The position numbers were made by a program, and so were the translations under genes. This document shows, in pieces, positions 11,936-26,900 of a stretch of 54,016 nt of DNA. The stretch comes from Macrostomum lignano (taxonomy: Eukaryota). Under the pieces are notes generated by a model. It searched no databases, had not been told where the DNA came from, and saw only the letters and a list, made by a program, of their open reading frames with translations. Every line of letters starts with the position of its first letter. Position 1 is the first letter of the stretch. The stretch is taken from NCBI GenBank assembly GCA_002269645.1, contig NIVC01003284.1:1-54016 (forward strand), read 5' to 3'.

Positions 11936-14900
11936 ATGTCTGCTTTTTGGGAAAGTGAGAAGTCATCACCATGCATTATACCCAGGTATGTTTTTATTCC
12001 AAAAATATTTAGCTTATTTTTTTTAGGTACCATACTAAATTATACTATAATTCTATACTAAGTTACTTTTTATTGTTCTTTATTACATTTGTTAGATTAG
12101 GCCTAGATTAATCTATAAAATACTAATAGGAGAATTCCTAAGTCAATGGGAATGTAATTGACCAAAAAGAATATTAAATGATCCTAGGGATAGTTTTGAC
12201 TGCATTTAGAAATTATATTCTTTTGTAAGGAATTTAAATAGGAGATAAAACTATTAAATAGAATTAGGATCAGGCCTCCCAATGGGGCAGTTGTGTTATG
12301 CTAGTATTTAAAATTAATTGCCAAGGTTTTGTAGCCATTCCAAAAATTAAAACTTTTGTTTCAAAAGGCAAGCACTCAGATTAATCTTTTTTGTCAAGAT
12401 GGTAAACAAGAATGACAACCATTTTTGCATATTTTTGTTAAATATAAAGCTTTCTTTTTTAAAATAATTAGTCTAGTCTTTATCATATGGTTTTTTATAG
12501 CACAATTTTTTGTATTGGCACAAAAATTATCAAGGCCTTCATTATTGCCATTGCCATTTTAATTATTAAATTGCCAAAATGATTATCATTTGTTATTAAA
12601 GTGACTATTACCAAAGTAAACATGTTTTTGACAAAAATTTACATTTTACAAATATTTTCTTTACAAGATTTTACATTCAACCAAGTTAAATGCCCAATGT
12701 ATCATTTTAGCTTCTTTTCTAAATTCTTCTTTAGAATAAATTTTATATAACTAAAATTGCCAAAACCTTTGTAACAGGAATGAGATCTACAGAGTTAGTC
12801 CAGCTAGCCTATAAACCCTCACTGAAGTCTTTAAGTAATATATAATTGACTTCTTCAGGTTTAGGTTAATAAATTAGTTGCAGTTTTGATAAGACTATTA
12901 TTCTGTCTTTTTATGTGTATTTTATAGTGCTGATTTCAAGTTTAAGCTTTATTTTTATGTAGCTTTATATAGCTTAAAGCCAACGCTAATATATATGGAA
13001 GAAATGTTTTAGTATAGAAAGTTTTGATGGGAATTGATTTTACTTTATACTAACCTAAACTTGAATAGAAGCATAGGGACCTATTGAAGATTATATTGAT
13101 TAATTCTAGCCCATACTATATATAAATAAAGCTTGAACTGAAACCTGCCCATCTAAAACTTATATAAAAATTATAATCTTATCAAAACTGCCACTAATTT
13201 ATCAACCTATTAAAGAAATTATTCATTCTTCAACTTTAGAATACTTATACTTTACCTTTTTGTTTTTATAGAAATGTTATAAAATTAGAAGTATTTTACC
13301 AACCTAAACCTGAAGAAGTCCTAAATATGAATTTATAATACAAAATTAATGTGATTTGCAACCTACCAAAATTGTTAATCTTTTAGATGATACTCCAATA
13401 AAAACTAACAATCTTTTTGCTTAACCTTAATTAAAAACATTGGACAAGGGTGGTCCCAATGGTTCCTGCGGTTTAGGCTACTGGTTTTGTCTACTTTAAT
13501 ATTTTTAGTGGATTATCTTGGTAGGTTGCTGCCACCAGGCTCTTGATGTTCCCTAATCCTAAGATATAGTATTTAAAGAACTGAGTCAAGACAACAAATA
13601 AAGTATTTTAAGTTTGACACACAGTTTATAAAAAATGATAATTGATCAAATGTTAATTGCACAAAAGTGTTTTCTTACATTACTTTCCCCTTTCTAAGTG
13701 CTTGGTCAAGACTCCCAGTTTTAAGGCAAGACTCCTCTTAGAGCAATTCTAAGTCCTATTCCCTTATCTCCTTTTACCTTGAATTCCTTTTAATAGAATT
13801 TTTTAAGTTAGAAACTGCACTCGGAAGACAAAGTGGATACTTTTTCCAAGAGCCCAACTGCTCTTTACTACGAGTAATGTAATCCAAAATTTGCAGTGTA
13901 TTTACATAGTAGTGTAAAAGCATATTTGTCCCATGTCTATTTATACCTCTAAATTTTGCCCTACTACACCATGAAACAAGTCATATAGGTATAAGTTTAA
14001 CAATTTTTGTCAGAACCAAAATTTTACTCCTAAGCTATATAAAAAAATAATGAGGTTATGCCTATTGTAATTAATTATATAAATGTATTTGTTTGTTAAT
14101 TGATATTTAAAAATAAAAAATCTAAGTAAAAATCTTTATTGTAGCCTAGAAATAGTTTTGCAAATAATAATCTTCAAAGGCAGATCCAAGGGCCATGGCC
14201 CCTCTCCCCCTTAGCCATGGCCAACAAAATTTAGGCCATATTTTTGGCCTATAACTATGCAAGGTCTATTTCAATATTGGATTATAGTGCTTGGTATAGC
14301 TTGTCCCCCTCTACTTCAATTTCTGAATTCACCTGGGTAGTCTTAAACTCTGTCTACAACAAGAACAATTTTTGTTTTATTGATATTCTACGAGGGTTGT
14401 CCCAAAAATAGTGGGAAAACTGGCAATTGTAACTTTACCCCCTACCCCTTGTTCTAATCATAGGCATAACTTTTGAATGAATTGACATTTTTACTTTAAG
14501 TTGCATCAAATTCAAATATCACAGTCAGCCTCTGTACCAGTTTTCCCGCTATTTCTGGGACAGCCCCTATAGTTAAAAATACTATAAAATTGAAAATAGA
14601 CAAACAGAAATGTTAAAGGGATTTTTTCCTAAAAGTATAGAATTTTTAGTAGTTTTGTAAATATCCTAACTAGCATCAATATTGTTTAATTTCTAACTAG
14701 TAACTCTGGATGAAGACTACATGAAATCTATAGGAGTTATGAAGAACAGTTAAATGACTAAACATCATTTGTTGTTCTGATGTTGGCATGGGGATGATAT
14801 TTAGGTCATTCAAAAAGTACATTATGTTATATCATTAGTATTGCTAACTTGAGCCATCTGCATGACATTTCACTACCCAGGGTGCTGCTAATCCGCATTG

Positions 14901-17900
14901 ATCGCATGTGCGTCTATGCCAACAATGGCGATGAAGCCGGCCCAGTTTACTTGGCCATCCGCATGCATGCTGGCAGCAGGCGCACCCTCAGATCTCAGCA
15001 GATCACTGTGCCAGAGCGGGGTCAGGTGTTCGAGCATCCAATCACTGTGGAGATTCAATATCCGCACGCTATTAAGCGAGATAATCCTTTGCTGATTATG
15101 CTGCAACGGCGTAAGAAGTATAGAAATTTAGGCTTCAAGACAATGGGCCTAGCGCAGGTGAGAGTTTTATTGTTTAAGTGCCTGTTTTCAGCGCTAAGAA
15201 CTTTCGGTCAAATATCCCCAGACGAGTCTGTTAGTCAAATAGACTCAAATATCCCCAGACGAGTCTGTTAGTCAAATGGACTCAAATATCCCCAGACGAG
15301 TCTGTTAGTCAAATGGACTCAAATATCCCCAGACGAGTCTGTTAGTCAAATGGACTCAAATATCCCCAGACGAGTCTGTTAGTCAAATGGACTCAAATAT
15401 CCCCAGACGATTCTGCTAGTCAAATGGACTCAAATATCCCCAGACGATTCTGCTAGTCAAATGGACTCAAATATCCCCAGACGAGTCTGTTAGTCAAATG
15501 GACTCAAATATCCCCAGACGAGTCTGTTAGTCAAATGGACTCAAATATCCCCAGACGATTCTGCTAGTCAAATGGACTCAAATATCCCCAGACGAGTCTG
15601 TTAGTCAAATGGACTCAAATATCCCCAGACGAGTCTGTTAGTCAAATGGACTCAAATATCCCCAGATGAGTCTGTTAGTCAAATGGACTCAAATATCCCC
15701 AGATGAGTCTGCTAGTCAAATGGACTCAAATATCCTCAGATGAGTCTGTTAGTCAGATGGACTCCAATATCCCCAGATGAGTCTGCTAGTCAAATGGACT
15801 CAAATATCCTCAGATGAGTCTGTTAGTCAGATGGACTCCAATATCCCCAGATGAGTCTGTTAGTCAAATGGAATTAAATATCCTCAGATGAGTCTGTTAG
15901 TTCGTCAAATAGAATTAAATATCCCCAGTTGAGTCTGTTAGTCAAATACTATTTACTGGTAAGTTGGGATTGTTGATTAAGTATCCCTTAATAGGGACGC
16001 ATTGCAGTTCGACAATCTCAATGACTCAACTCAAAATTAATGTAACTCATTCAAGCCTCCAAATCTTGAGCTACTTACAATGTTGCAGGTGAATCTGTCG
16101 GACGTGCTCCAGTGCCGCCTGCTGCAGCACCAGCTCGACCTGCTTCCGGAGTCCAGCAGCAAAGTTGACCAGTCCTCTATGTCCGGCAAGTCCTCCTCTG
16201 CCGCCGCCGCGGCCGCTGCAAACCGCCGCCCTGTCGGGTTTCTCCACGTGGTGCGGCTGGAGACGCTGCCACCGCCGCGCGATCTGGCCGCCTGTAGGAA
16301 GGACTTCGCCGCTGCCGTCGCCGGCGCCGTTGCGTCTGGCCGCTGGACAGATGAGGCCATCAGCGATGAGGACGAGACGGACCATGGCGTGGATGAAGAC
16401 GAGGAGGATGAGAAGATTAAGAAGGACGCTGTTAATAAGGTGATGAAAGATACCAGTTGAATTTGTGTCTGTCAGTTACACCTGGTGTGTGTCAGTTACA
16501 CCTGGTGTGTGTCAGTTACACCTGGTGCCTGTCAGTTACACCTGGTGTGTCAGTTACACCTGGTGTGTGTCAGTTACACCTGGTGTGTGTCAGTTACACC
16601 TGGTGTGTGTCAGTTACACCTGGTGTGTGTCAGTTACACCTGGTGTCTGTCAGTTACACCTGGTGTGTGTCAGTTACACCTGGTGTGTGTCAGTTACACC
16701 TGGTGTCTGTCAGTTACACCTGGTGTGTGTCAGTTACACCTGGTGTGTGTCAGTTACACCTGGTGTCTGTCAGTTACACCTGGTGTCTGTCAGTTACACC
16801 TGGTGTCTGTCAGTTACACCTGGTGTCTGTCAGTTACACCTGGTGTCTGTCAGTTACACCTGGTGTCTGTCAGTTACACCTGGTGTCTGTCAGTTACACC
16901 TGGTGTCTGTCAGTTACACCTGGTGTGTGTCAGTTACACCTGGTGTGTGTCAGTTACACCTGGTGTGTGTCAGTTACACCTGGTGTGTGTCAGTTACACC
17001 TGGTGTGTGTCAGTTACACCTGGTGTGTGTCAGTTACACCTGGTGTGTGTCAGTTACACCTGGTGTGTGTCAGTTACACCTGGTGTGTGTCAGTTACACC
17101 TGGTGTGTGTCAGTTACACCTGGTGTGTGTCAGTTACACCTGGTGCCTGTCAGTTACACCTGGTGTGTGTCAGTTACACCTTGTGTCTGTCAGTTACACC
17201 TGATGCCTGTCAGTTACACCTGGTGTGTGTCAGTTACACCTGGTGTCTGTCAGTTACACCTGATGCCTGTCAGTTACACCTGGTGTCTGTCAGTTACACC
17301 TCGTGAATGTCAGTTACTCCTGGTGCCTGTAAGTTACACCTTGTGTCTGTCAGTTACACCTTGTGTCTGTCAGCTACACCTTGTGTCTGTCAGTTACACC
17401 TTGTGTCTGTCAACTACACCTTGTATCTGTCAGTTACACTTGTGTCTGTCAGCTACACCTTGTGTCTGTCAGCTACACCTTGTGTCTGTCAGCTACACCT
17501 TGTGTCTGTCAGCTACACCTGTGAGCCTATCTAATCGCACCCTAAAAGTGAACTCGTATTGAACTATTTCGCTTCTCATTTCAGCCAAAAGAATGGCGCC
17601 AGAAGTTCAAGCTTTTTATGGACGAAAATTTCTCTACCATATTGAAGCTTAAAAAGCTGAAGGGTGGCCAACAGTTTGAGGTGAGCGGAAAATGATACTG
17701 CAGTTTTTGCATTATTTATGATTTACGATTAGTTAGTTCCCTCATCTACTTAGTAAGTATCTAGGGTAAACGGCGAGAGTAACTTCGAATGTTAAAAAAG
17801 CGCCTCGTCATCTAATAAGTTGCTTCAAAAGAAAAATGAAAGTATTATCTGGTCTAATAGTACATTGCGCAGGGTTTGCAGTTGCTACGCAGGCCAGTCC

Positions 17901-20900
17901 CTGTGTATTTTCGTGCTTGCCTAGATGGCTAAATTGAATTGCCCCTTCCCGCTATCCTGTCGTCACTGGCTAGCAAGCAGAATTTGATAGAACGGAACCA
18001 ACCGCTAGGGTTGGGGGGGATTAAATCTGCGCGCTCTCTTTGAGTCCAGTCTAAGTACCCCTTGTGCTGGCTGGCGGACGGCGCAGGGAGAGGCGGGGAT
18101 ATAGGCCTGTGCTAATGGGAACGCGCCCGAGCTGTACTCTCTGATAGACAAGGAAGGATGCGTGTGCGTGCAACTGACGAGAGACGGGCGGCTGGCTGTG
18201 GCTGTCCGGACTTCTCGGACACGCCCGGAGGCGAGAGAATCCAAGGGCCTGGCTTCCGTCTTTGGCTGCAAGCTTAGCTTATCGGGCACGGGGGTTAAAG
18301 ATACGCATTGAAATATCATAGTTACCGACGTCTTAAACGATGTTTTAAGCTTTTTGTCGGTCTTTTGTCGATACTTTAGGTGTTGATGCTTTAATGTGCG
18401 CAATTATCGATACATTCTCTGACTCTTATATCGACCTGACGCCTTAATCGATTGATTTATTATTATTTTAAGCGATAAAGCTATCGATACTTTAAACGAC
18501 GATTGACACTCATCGACACTAACAGACGCAATTATCGACACTTTAATTAATACATCCATCGACACTCGAATCGATGCCTTTATCGACATATTTATACCCT
18601 CAGACACTTTATAAGTAGCACCTTTTATCGACATGTCAAGTGGCACATTTTTCGACACTACCAGCGACATCTTAATCAAACATTTATCGACACTACAAGC
18701 GACATCTTAATCGAATATTTATCGACACTACAAGCGTCATCTTAATTGAACATTTATCGACACTACAAGCGACATATTAATCGATTATTTATCGACACTA
18801 CAAGCGTCATCTTAATTGAACATTTATCGACACTACAAGCGACATCTTAATCGAACAATTAGCGACACTACAAGCGACATCTTAATCGAATATTTATCGA
18901 CACTATAAGCGACATATTAATCGATTATTTATCGACACTACAAGCGACATCTTAATCAAACATTTATCGACACTACAAGCGACATCTTAATTGAACATTT
19001 ATCGACACTACAAGCGACATCTTAATCGAACAATTAGCGACACTACAAGCGACATCTTAATCGAATATTTATCGACACTATAAGCAACATATTAATCGAT
19101 TATTTATCGACACTACAAGCGACATCTTAATCAAACATTTTTCGACACTACCAGCGACATCTTAATCAAACATTTTTCGACACTACCAGCGACATCTTAA
19201 TCAAACATTTATTGACACTACAAGCGACATCTTAATCGAACATTTATCGACACTACAAGCGACATCTTAATCGAACATTTATCGACACTACAAGCGACAT
19301 CTTAATCAAACATTTATCGACACTACAAGCGACGCTACAAGTGTAATCTTAATCGAACATTTATCGACACTACAAGCGACATATTAATTGAACATTTATC
19401 GACACTACAAGCGACGCTACAAGCGACATCTTAATCGAACATTTATCGACACTACAAGCGACGCTACAAGTGTAATCTTAATCGAACATTTATCGACACT
19501 ACAAGCGACATCTTAATTGAACATTTATCGACACTACAAGCGACATCTTAATCGAACATTTATCGACACTACAAGCGACATCTTAATCGAACATTTATCG
19601 ACACTACAAGCGACATCTTAATCGAACATTTATCGACACTACAAGCGACATCTTAATTGAACATTTATCGACACTACAAGCGACATCTTAATCGAACATT
19701 TATCGACACTACAAGCGACATCTTAATCGAACATTTATCGACACTACAAGCGACATCTTAATCGAACATTTATCGACACTACAAGCGACGTCTTTATAAA
19801 ACTTGTATTAACAATTGAAGCGACAACGAGGCATACGGAGTTGTTTTAACACTCGCTGAAGGATTTTAAGACAGGGAGCTCGGGATGATAATTAATTAAA
19901 GGCAGTGAAAAGATCGCTGCTATTTCTCAGTTGCAGAAATGGCTTTCAGGCGGGTTTTAAAGGCCTTCTGCCCTTTAATTAATTATCCTTATTCCTCTTT
20001 TTCCCTTATCCTATCTTCCTGATCTGCCCCTCTGTTGCAAGCTTCCGCGAACCCGCCTATACAATGCATTCGGTTGCATCCTTTTCGCCTTTGACTCTCT
20101 TCCCTTCGACTCCTCCGCTTTAGTGTTCCGCTCCCGTCTCTCCAGCCTCTGTGATTTTTTTCTTTTGCCCTGCCGTTCCCAACTCAACCCATGCCCGTTT
20201 TCTCTCATCGATTTAGTGCCTTTTTCTTATCCCAGATTCAGGTTTTTCTGTTATACCATAACACTAGAAGCCTTATATTGCTACTACCATTAGATCTAAG
20301 TACGATATGTAGCGTGTTTAATAATTTTTATTATCTTCGATAAAACTAGAAACAAAAATGGAGATAAATTTTCGTATAGTGGATGGATATACTAGTTCAT
20401 CAATTGTTTCTGAACTTTCTGAACTTTCTGAATTCTGAGCTTACACATCGAGTGACACATCTATGAGCACATTGAGTGAAATGTCTATGAGCACATTGAG
20501 TGACACATCTATGAGCACATTGAGTGGCACATCTATGAGCACATTGAGTGAAATATCTATGAGCACATTAAGTGACACATCTATAAGCACATTAAGTGAC
20601 ACATCTATGAGCACATTGAGTGACACATCTATGAGCACATTGAGTGACACATCTATGAGCACATTGAGTGACACATCTATGAGCACATTGAGTGAAATAT
20701 CTATGAGCACATTGAGTGAAATATCTATGAGCACATTGAGTGACACATCTATGAGCACATTGAGTGATACATCTATGAGCACATTGAGTGACACATCTAT
20801 GAGCACATTGAGTGACACATCTATGAGCACATTAAGTGATACATCTATGAGCACATTAAGTGACACATCTATGAGCACATTGAGTGACACATCTATGAGC

Positions 20901-23900
20901 ACATTGAGTGACACATCTATGAGCACATTGAGTGACACATCTATGAGCACATTGAGTGACACATCTATGAGCACATTGAGTGACACATCTATGAGCACAT
21001 TGAGTGACACATCCTCAATGGTTAGTAAGCTGCTAAATGGGCAAGCTGAGCTGAGCGGGAGTTGTCACTGTCTCGGCACAAGCCAAAACTTTCACCCCCC
21101 AATCTGTGCAGCTTGACTACCAGCCCGAGCTGCAAAACGAGTCGCTGTGGAACGACCTCGACGACGCGGAGCCTGACTCCGACTCCAGTCTTGACGACGA
21201 CGACGAGCTCAGCGTACAATCGACGCCCAAGCCGAGCCTGCGGCGCTACTTTGGCTCGCAGGTATCCGACTGCGGCAAGCCGCTGGCTTCAACTGCTGCT
21301 GCACCTGGGCTAAAGCAGCACCAGCAGCAGCATCGCCGGTTGCTTGCTGACGAACCCGACACGATGGACGACCCACCAGCGACGGGTCAGTCGTTGTTGC
21401 AGCCTCCAGCGCCGCTACCGCCGTCGCAGCCGACTCTTTCGCCGACGCCGCTGATGTCGACAACGTCATCACAACAGGCGCCGTCGGTGACGGCCCGCGG
21501 CTCTGCTCTGCTACCGTTTGACAATCCGCTGACAGATGTAAGTTTTGCGTTTGCGAGCTAGGGTCATTGCACAGGCGTAGCCAGTGCGGCATGGCGCCCC
21601 TTGGTGCTGGCGCCCCTTGGTGCTGGCGCCCCTTGGTGCTGGCGCCCCTTGGTGCTGGCGCCCCTTGGTGCTGGCGCCCCTTGGTGCTGGCGCCCCTTGG
21701 TGCTGGCGCCCCTTGGTGCTGGCGCCCCTTGGTGCTGGCGCCCCTTGGTGCTGGCGCCCCTTGATGCTGGCGCCCCTTGGTGCTGGCGCCCCTTGGTGCT
21801 GGCGCCCCTTGGTGCTGGCGCCCCTTGGTGCTGGCGCCCCTTGATGCTGGCGCCCCTTGATGCTGGCGCCCCTTGGTGCTGGCGCCCCTTGGTACTGGCG
21901 CCCCTTGGTGCTGGCGCCCCTTGGTGCTGGCGCCCCTTGGTGCTGGCGCCCCTTGGTGCTGGCGCCCCTTGGTGCTGGCGCCCCTTGGTGCTGGCGCCCC
22001 TTGGTGCTGGCGCCCCTTGGTACTGGCGCCCCTTGGTGCTGGCGCCCCAAGTCTGTGTCTATTTCTGTTAAGTCATCGAACCATATTAGCAATCGATCGT
22101 TTCTGCTTGTACAATATATTTTTTAGTTCAGCTAATGCCATTTTATCTCGTTTTTTTTAATTCTAACGAATTAGCAGTGCTGTCCTCAACAGATATGTTC
22201 AATATCGTAAACTAGAACTAGAGACACTAGAGACAAAGAGTACAAAGCTTAGTCACTTTTACTACTGCTACAAATGGTGCTTACTCGGTTAAAAAAGTGT
22301 CCCTAGAAATTTCCAATCCAGAATCAAAGCGCATCCTGACACAGTTTAGATTAGGACCGAGGACTGCGAGACCAAAGATCCCTAACGAGAATAGGACTAA
22401 CCGAAAGTGCCGCCTGGGGGGGTAGAAAGTGAAGTTCACTTCCTGTTTATTATTTATCATAGACAGGGGGCTGTGTGCACCCTGGTGCACTTTTAGCGAC
22501 ATTGTCACAACTGGCAAGAGGCATTGCTGCCCATTCTGCCGACTCCCCTGAGCAGGCACACACTCACACAGGAGTGCACAGCGGTCCTGACTGTATTTAT
22601 CGTCAGGCATGTACACTTCACTGTGCCTTGGGGTTGTGGCCCCAAGGCCGTTGATTGCACGAGCAGAGCCAAGCCGAGATTCCAATTTAGCCTCAAACTA
22701 ATGTGACTGCACTTGGAATCGAGCCTGGGCCGCTGGCACACCAGAGCGCCGCGATGGACCACTGGGCTACGGCCCTCACTTCCTGTTTAAGTGCAGTTGG
22801 ACTTTTATAGTGCTCCCCGTGATAAATGTGAACAGGAAATCTTGGATAAACAGGTTTGCCCCAGAAAATGTTGCATTGGTCTCCGTTTTTTAAAAAGTAC
22901 ATGCCGTACTTCGTCCACAGGCGCCGCCGCCGCCGCCGCCGCAAAATTTGGCACAACATCAGCCGAGGCGGCTGTCTTGCATCACCCCAACTTCCGCCTT
23001 CGCTGCCGTTAGTTTGCCCAATTGCCCGTCCCGTGTAGATTTTAGAATCGCAACAATTTTTATCGCTAATTGGATTTTTCAAAGAGAAAGAAGATTAGTT
23101 CTTTAAATTTTATGTCGCCGTTGAATTGTTTTTAGACTTTTTGATTGCGTTAATTGCATAGTCTGATTTTATATTTCACTGAAAAAATTAGCAAACACTT
23201 ATGGGATCGTTTCAGGAGCTCAAAACTTCACACCGTCCAAAGGCAGAGCCTTTCATAGCCTCGAATCTTCACCTGCTCGAATCTTCACCTGCTCGAATCT
23301 TCACCTGCTCGAATCTTCACCTGCTCGAATCTTCACAGGCTCGAATCTTCACAGGCTCGAATCTTCACCTGCTGGAATCTTCACCTGCTCGAATCTTCAC
23401 CTGCTCGAATCTTCACCTGCTCGAATCTTCACCTGCTCGAATCTTCACCTTCTCGAATCTTCACCTTCTCGAATCTTCACCTTCTCGAATCTTCACCTTC
23501 TCGAATCTTCACCTGCTCGAATCTTCACCTGCTCGAATCTTCACCTTCTCGAATCTTCACCTGCTCGAATCTTCACAGGCTCGAATATTCACATGCTCAA
23601 ATCTTCACCTGCTCGAATCTTCACAGGCTCGAATCTTCACTTGCTCGAATCTTCACAGGCTCGAATCTTCACCTGCTCGAATCTTCACAGGCTCGAATAT
23701 TCACCTGCTCGAATCTTCACCTGCGCGAATCTTCACAGGCTCGAATCTTCGCCTGCTCAAATCAAAAGCTTACCACCCCGAAAAAGTCTTGCTTTATGTA
23801 GTCAGTTCCGCTAGTTGCCAATTTGAACGAAATTCAATCCTTATGAAGTTTCGATCTTATGAAATTCACTGTCTTCGACAATGTGAAATTTCTAGCTTGT

Positions 23901-26900
23901 TAAAGCACCTAAATTGACAATTTCTTGCCAGAGGTATGAATTTTCACTGACAATTTAATGCTATCGTGGATTGGAAAACAGAAGCAATTCAAGACAAAGA
24001 ATCTCTCCGATGCATCTAATTTTAGGACTTGAAAATACAACAATAAATTAAAAATTCAAACAATTAACTTTTGGTAATAAAATTGTTTACAGATCTAATT
24101 TAGTTAGATCATAAATTTTAACTGTTCCTACTGATGGTCTGAGAAAGTTTTTTATGATTGCAAATAATTAATCAAGGTGTTTTTACTTTAATAAGATAGA
24201 TAATCTGCAAGATTTAATTGCTGTATTAATAATTGACTTTCTGTGTAAATTTTCCTAAATTTTAATAACTTATTTTACTGGATTGCATTGCGTCTCAGTG
24301 TGAAAGCTTTAGACAATAAGTACACGGGGCTCTTTTCTAAATTTCTTTTTTGTCTTTTTAGCCGCGCAAGGAGTGCATCGAGGCCGTCCACCGTCTCCAC
24401 GGCGAACCGCTGCCCGAGAGGCTCTGCATTGTCTGCACCGCTGAGGCTGGCGGCCGGGTGAGTGCTCACTCACCTCACCTGAAATCAACCGTCACCTGTT
24501 CACACACTTTACCTGACACCAATCCTCACCTATTCACCCACCTCACCTGACACCAATCCTCACCTGTTCACCCACCTCATCTGACACCAATCCTCACCTG
24601 CTCACCCACCTCACCTGACACCAATCCTCACCTGTTCACCCACCTCACCTGACACCAATCCTCACCTGTTCACCCACCTCACCTGACACCAACCCTCACC
24701 TGTTCACCCACCTCACCTGACACCAATCCTCACCTGTTCACCCACCTCACCTGACACCAACCCTCACCTGTTCACCCACCTCACCTGACACCAACCCTCA
24801 CCTGTTCACCCACCTCACCTGACACCAACCCTCACCTGTTCACCCACCTCACCTGACACCAATCCTCACCTGTTCACCCACCTCACCTGACACCAACCCT
24901 CACCTATTCACCCACCTCACCTGACACCAATCCTCACCTGTTCACCCACCTCACCTGACACCAATCCTCACCTGTTCACCCACCTCACCTGACACCAACC
25001 CTCACCTGTTCACCCACCTCACCTGACACCAACCCTCACCTGTTCACCCACCTCACCTGACACCAACCCTCACCTATTCACCCACCTCACCTGACACCAA
25101 CCCTCACCTATTCACCTACGTCACCTTACACCCCGACTCAATGAATCCCAAGTTCATTTGCCTCTCTCTACACCCACAAGGCGCTATTGGAAGCGCTGCA
25201 GTCGGAGATGAGGCTGCCCTGCGTGCCTACGGCCTCCCCGGCCGACTGCAGGCACGCCATCGGTCACATGGCTGCTGCGCTGGCGCAGACGCCGAATCCA
25301 GCCGGCCGAGCCGGGGCTCCGCCGCCACCGGCGCTGCACAGAATCTGCCTTCTCGGCTCCGATCAGCACGCCAACGCTGTGCTCCGCGCCTACGTGGATC
25401 ATTTCGGCTCCCGACCGCCTGGCTGGCAGTCCCGAGTTCGATTCCACTACGCCCCGTTGCCAGGCGGGCCGACCGCCTGTGCCCAGCTGTGCCGGCACCT
25501 TGCCGGCTGCGACCCCACCTACGCCAAGCTGTTCCACGCAGACGATTGGCGGGACAGCTCGCCTAGCGAGGCGGCGCGTCGGATCTGGCGCTACCTGACT
25601 GGCGCCTCGGGCTTGCTGGGCCTACAAATTGGCGAGGTCATGCTGGCCACCGGCCTGCGCCACGCCGAGTCCTCTGAAGCCTCTGAAACGGCGGCCCAGC
25701 AGCAGCAGCAGCAGCAACAGGCGCCTGGTTCCGCTTCATCCGCCTCAGCAGCGACGTCCGGGTCTGCGGTAACTGCGACGGCAACTGCGGCGTCGGGCTC
25801 GGCGGTAGCATCTTCGACGGACGGGTCTGCGGGAGTCGGCGGTGTCGCTGTCGGTGCCGCGGCATCCGGCTCGATGGACGACACCGACGTAGTGGGGTTC
25901 GCCTCCTGCCCGTTGGGCGCGCAGACTTTCGTGCCGTTCGTTGTTGGGGTTCGCATCGGCCTGGCGGAACATCCGGACAGCGACGGAGAGCAGCAGCACC
26001 ACCAGCTGCACCATCATCACCATCCGCATCATCACCAGACCTCTCCAGCCGCTGGCCACCTTCACGGCTCCGGCACTCCGCCGCAGAGCCCCAATTTGAA
26101 CGACGGCGGCGGCGGCGGCAGCGGCGGCGGTAGCGGCGGCGGCGAGTTTGTGGACCTCCAGTTGGACTACTGGACTGCGGGCAACGAGCGCAAGACCGCT
26201 CTTAAGCCGGCCTTCCGGGCGTTGTACATCAGTCGGCTGGCGCAGCCAGCTGCTGCGGATGACAAAACCTCTGCCTCTGGAGGCCCCAGCGGTGGCGCCG
26301 GAGCGGGTGGCTCGGTTAGCGCTAGAGGCCTCGTCATGACTGTGGTCAATCGGGAGAAAAAACAGAAAAGTGAGCCCTGACTTATCGCCGCTTCATAGGG
26401 TAATCAGCTGGAGTAACTAAGGCTGCATCGGCGCGGCTAATTCGCGCCTCGTCCCCTGATTCGATTTCGTGCGCGGCCGCATTCGTTTGGGACTTGTGCA
26501 GGAAAAATTGGCCGGGGGATTGCTGACGATTGGAATGTCACCCTTTGCGTGTGTATGAGTGCGTGTCTGCATACAGTATTGGCGCGCTTGTATGTGCTTA
26601 AGACAGGAGTCAGCGGAATTTTCCAGAGATACTTAAAAGCTGCTGACTGTACGAGTAGTATTTTGTGCAAAAGTAAACAGCTGGAGCAACTATGACTTTA
26701 CCTGTGTACTAAAATGCCTCGTCATGTAATTAATTTGCAGTAATGCGCCTCGGCAAGAAAGGCAAGGAGACCGAGGGTAAACGCGAAGTTGTAGAAAATC
26801 TATCTAGGCTAATTTGCACTAGCAAGAGCCAGAGTCATCCCATGAAAGGTAAGACAGAAGTCTCATATGTTAATGAAACCTTTTTCCTATTGCTGTGTCG

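Noticed and set aside
16457-23917. Repetitive ORFs (VSYTWC, DTSMSTLS, WCWRPLVLAP, SNLHLLESS)
   Set aside because: They are read-throughs of intronic minisatellites, open in multiple frames and on both strands.
15207-25130. Regularly spaced repeats as a possible CRISPR array
   Set aside because: The units are directly adjacent with no unique spacers, there are no cas genes, and the context is eukaryotic introns.
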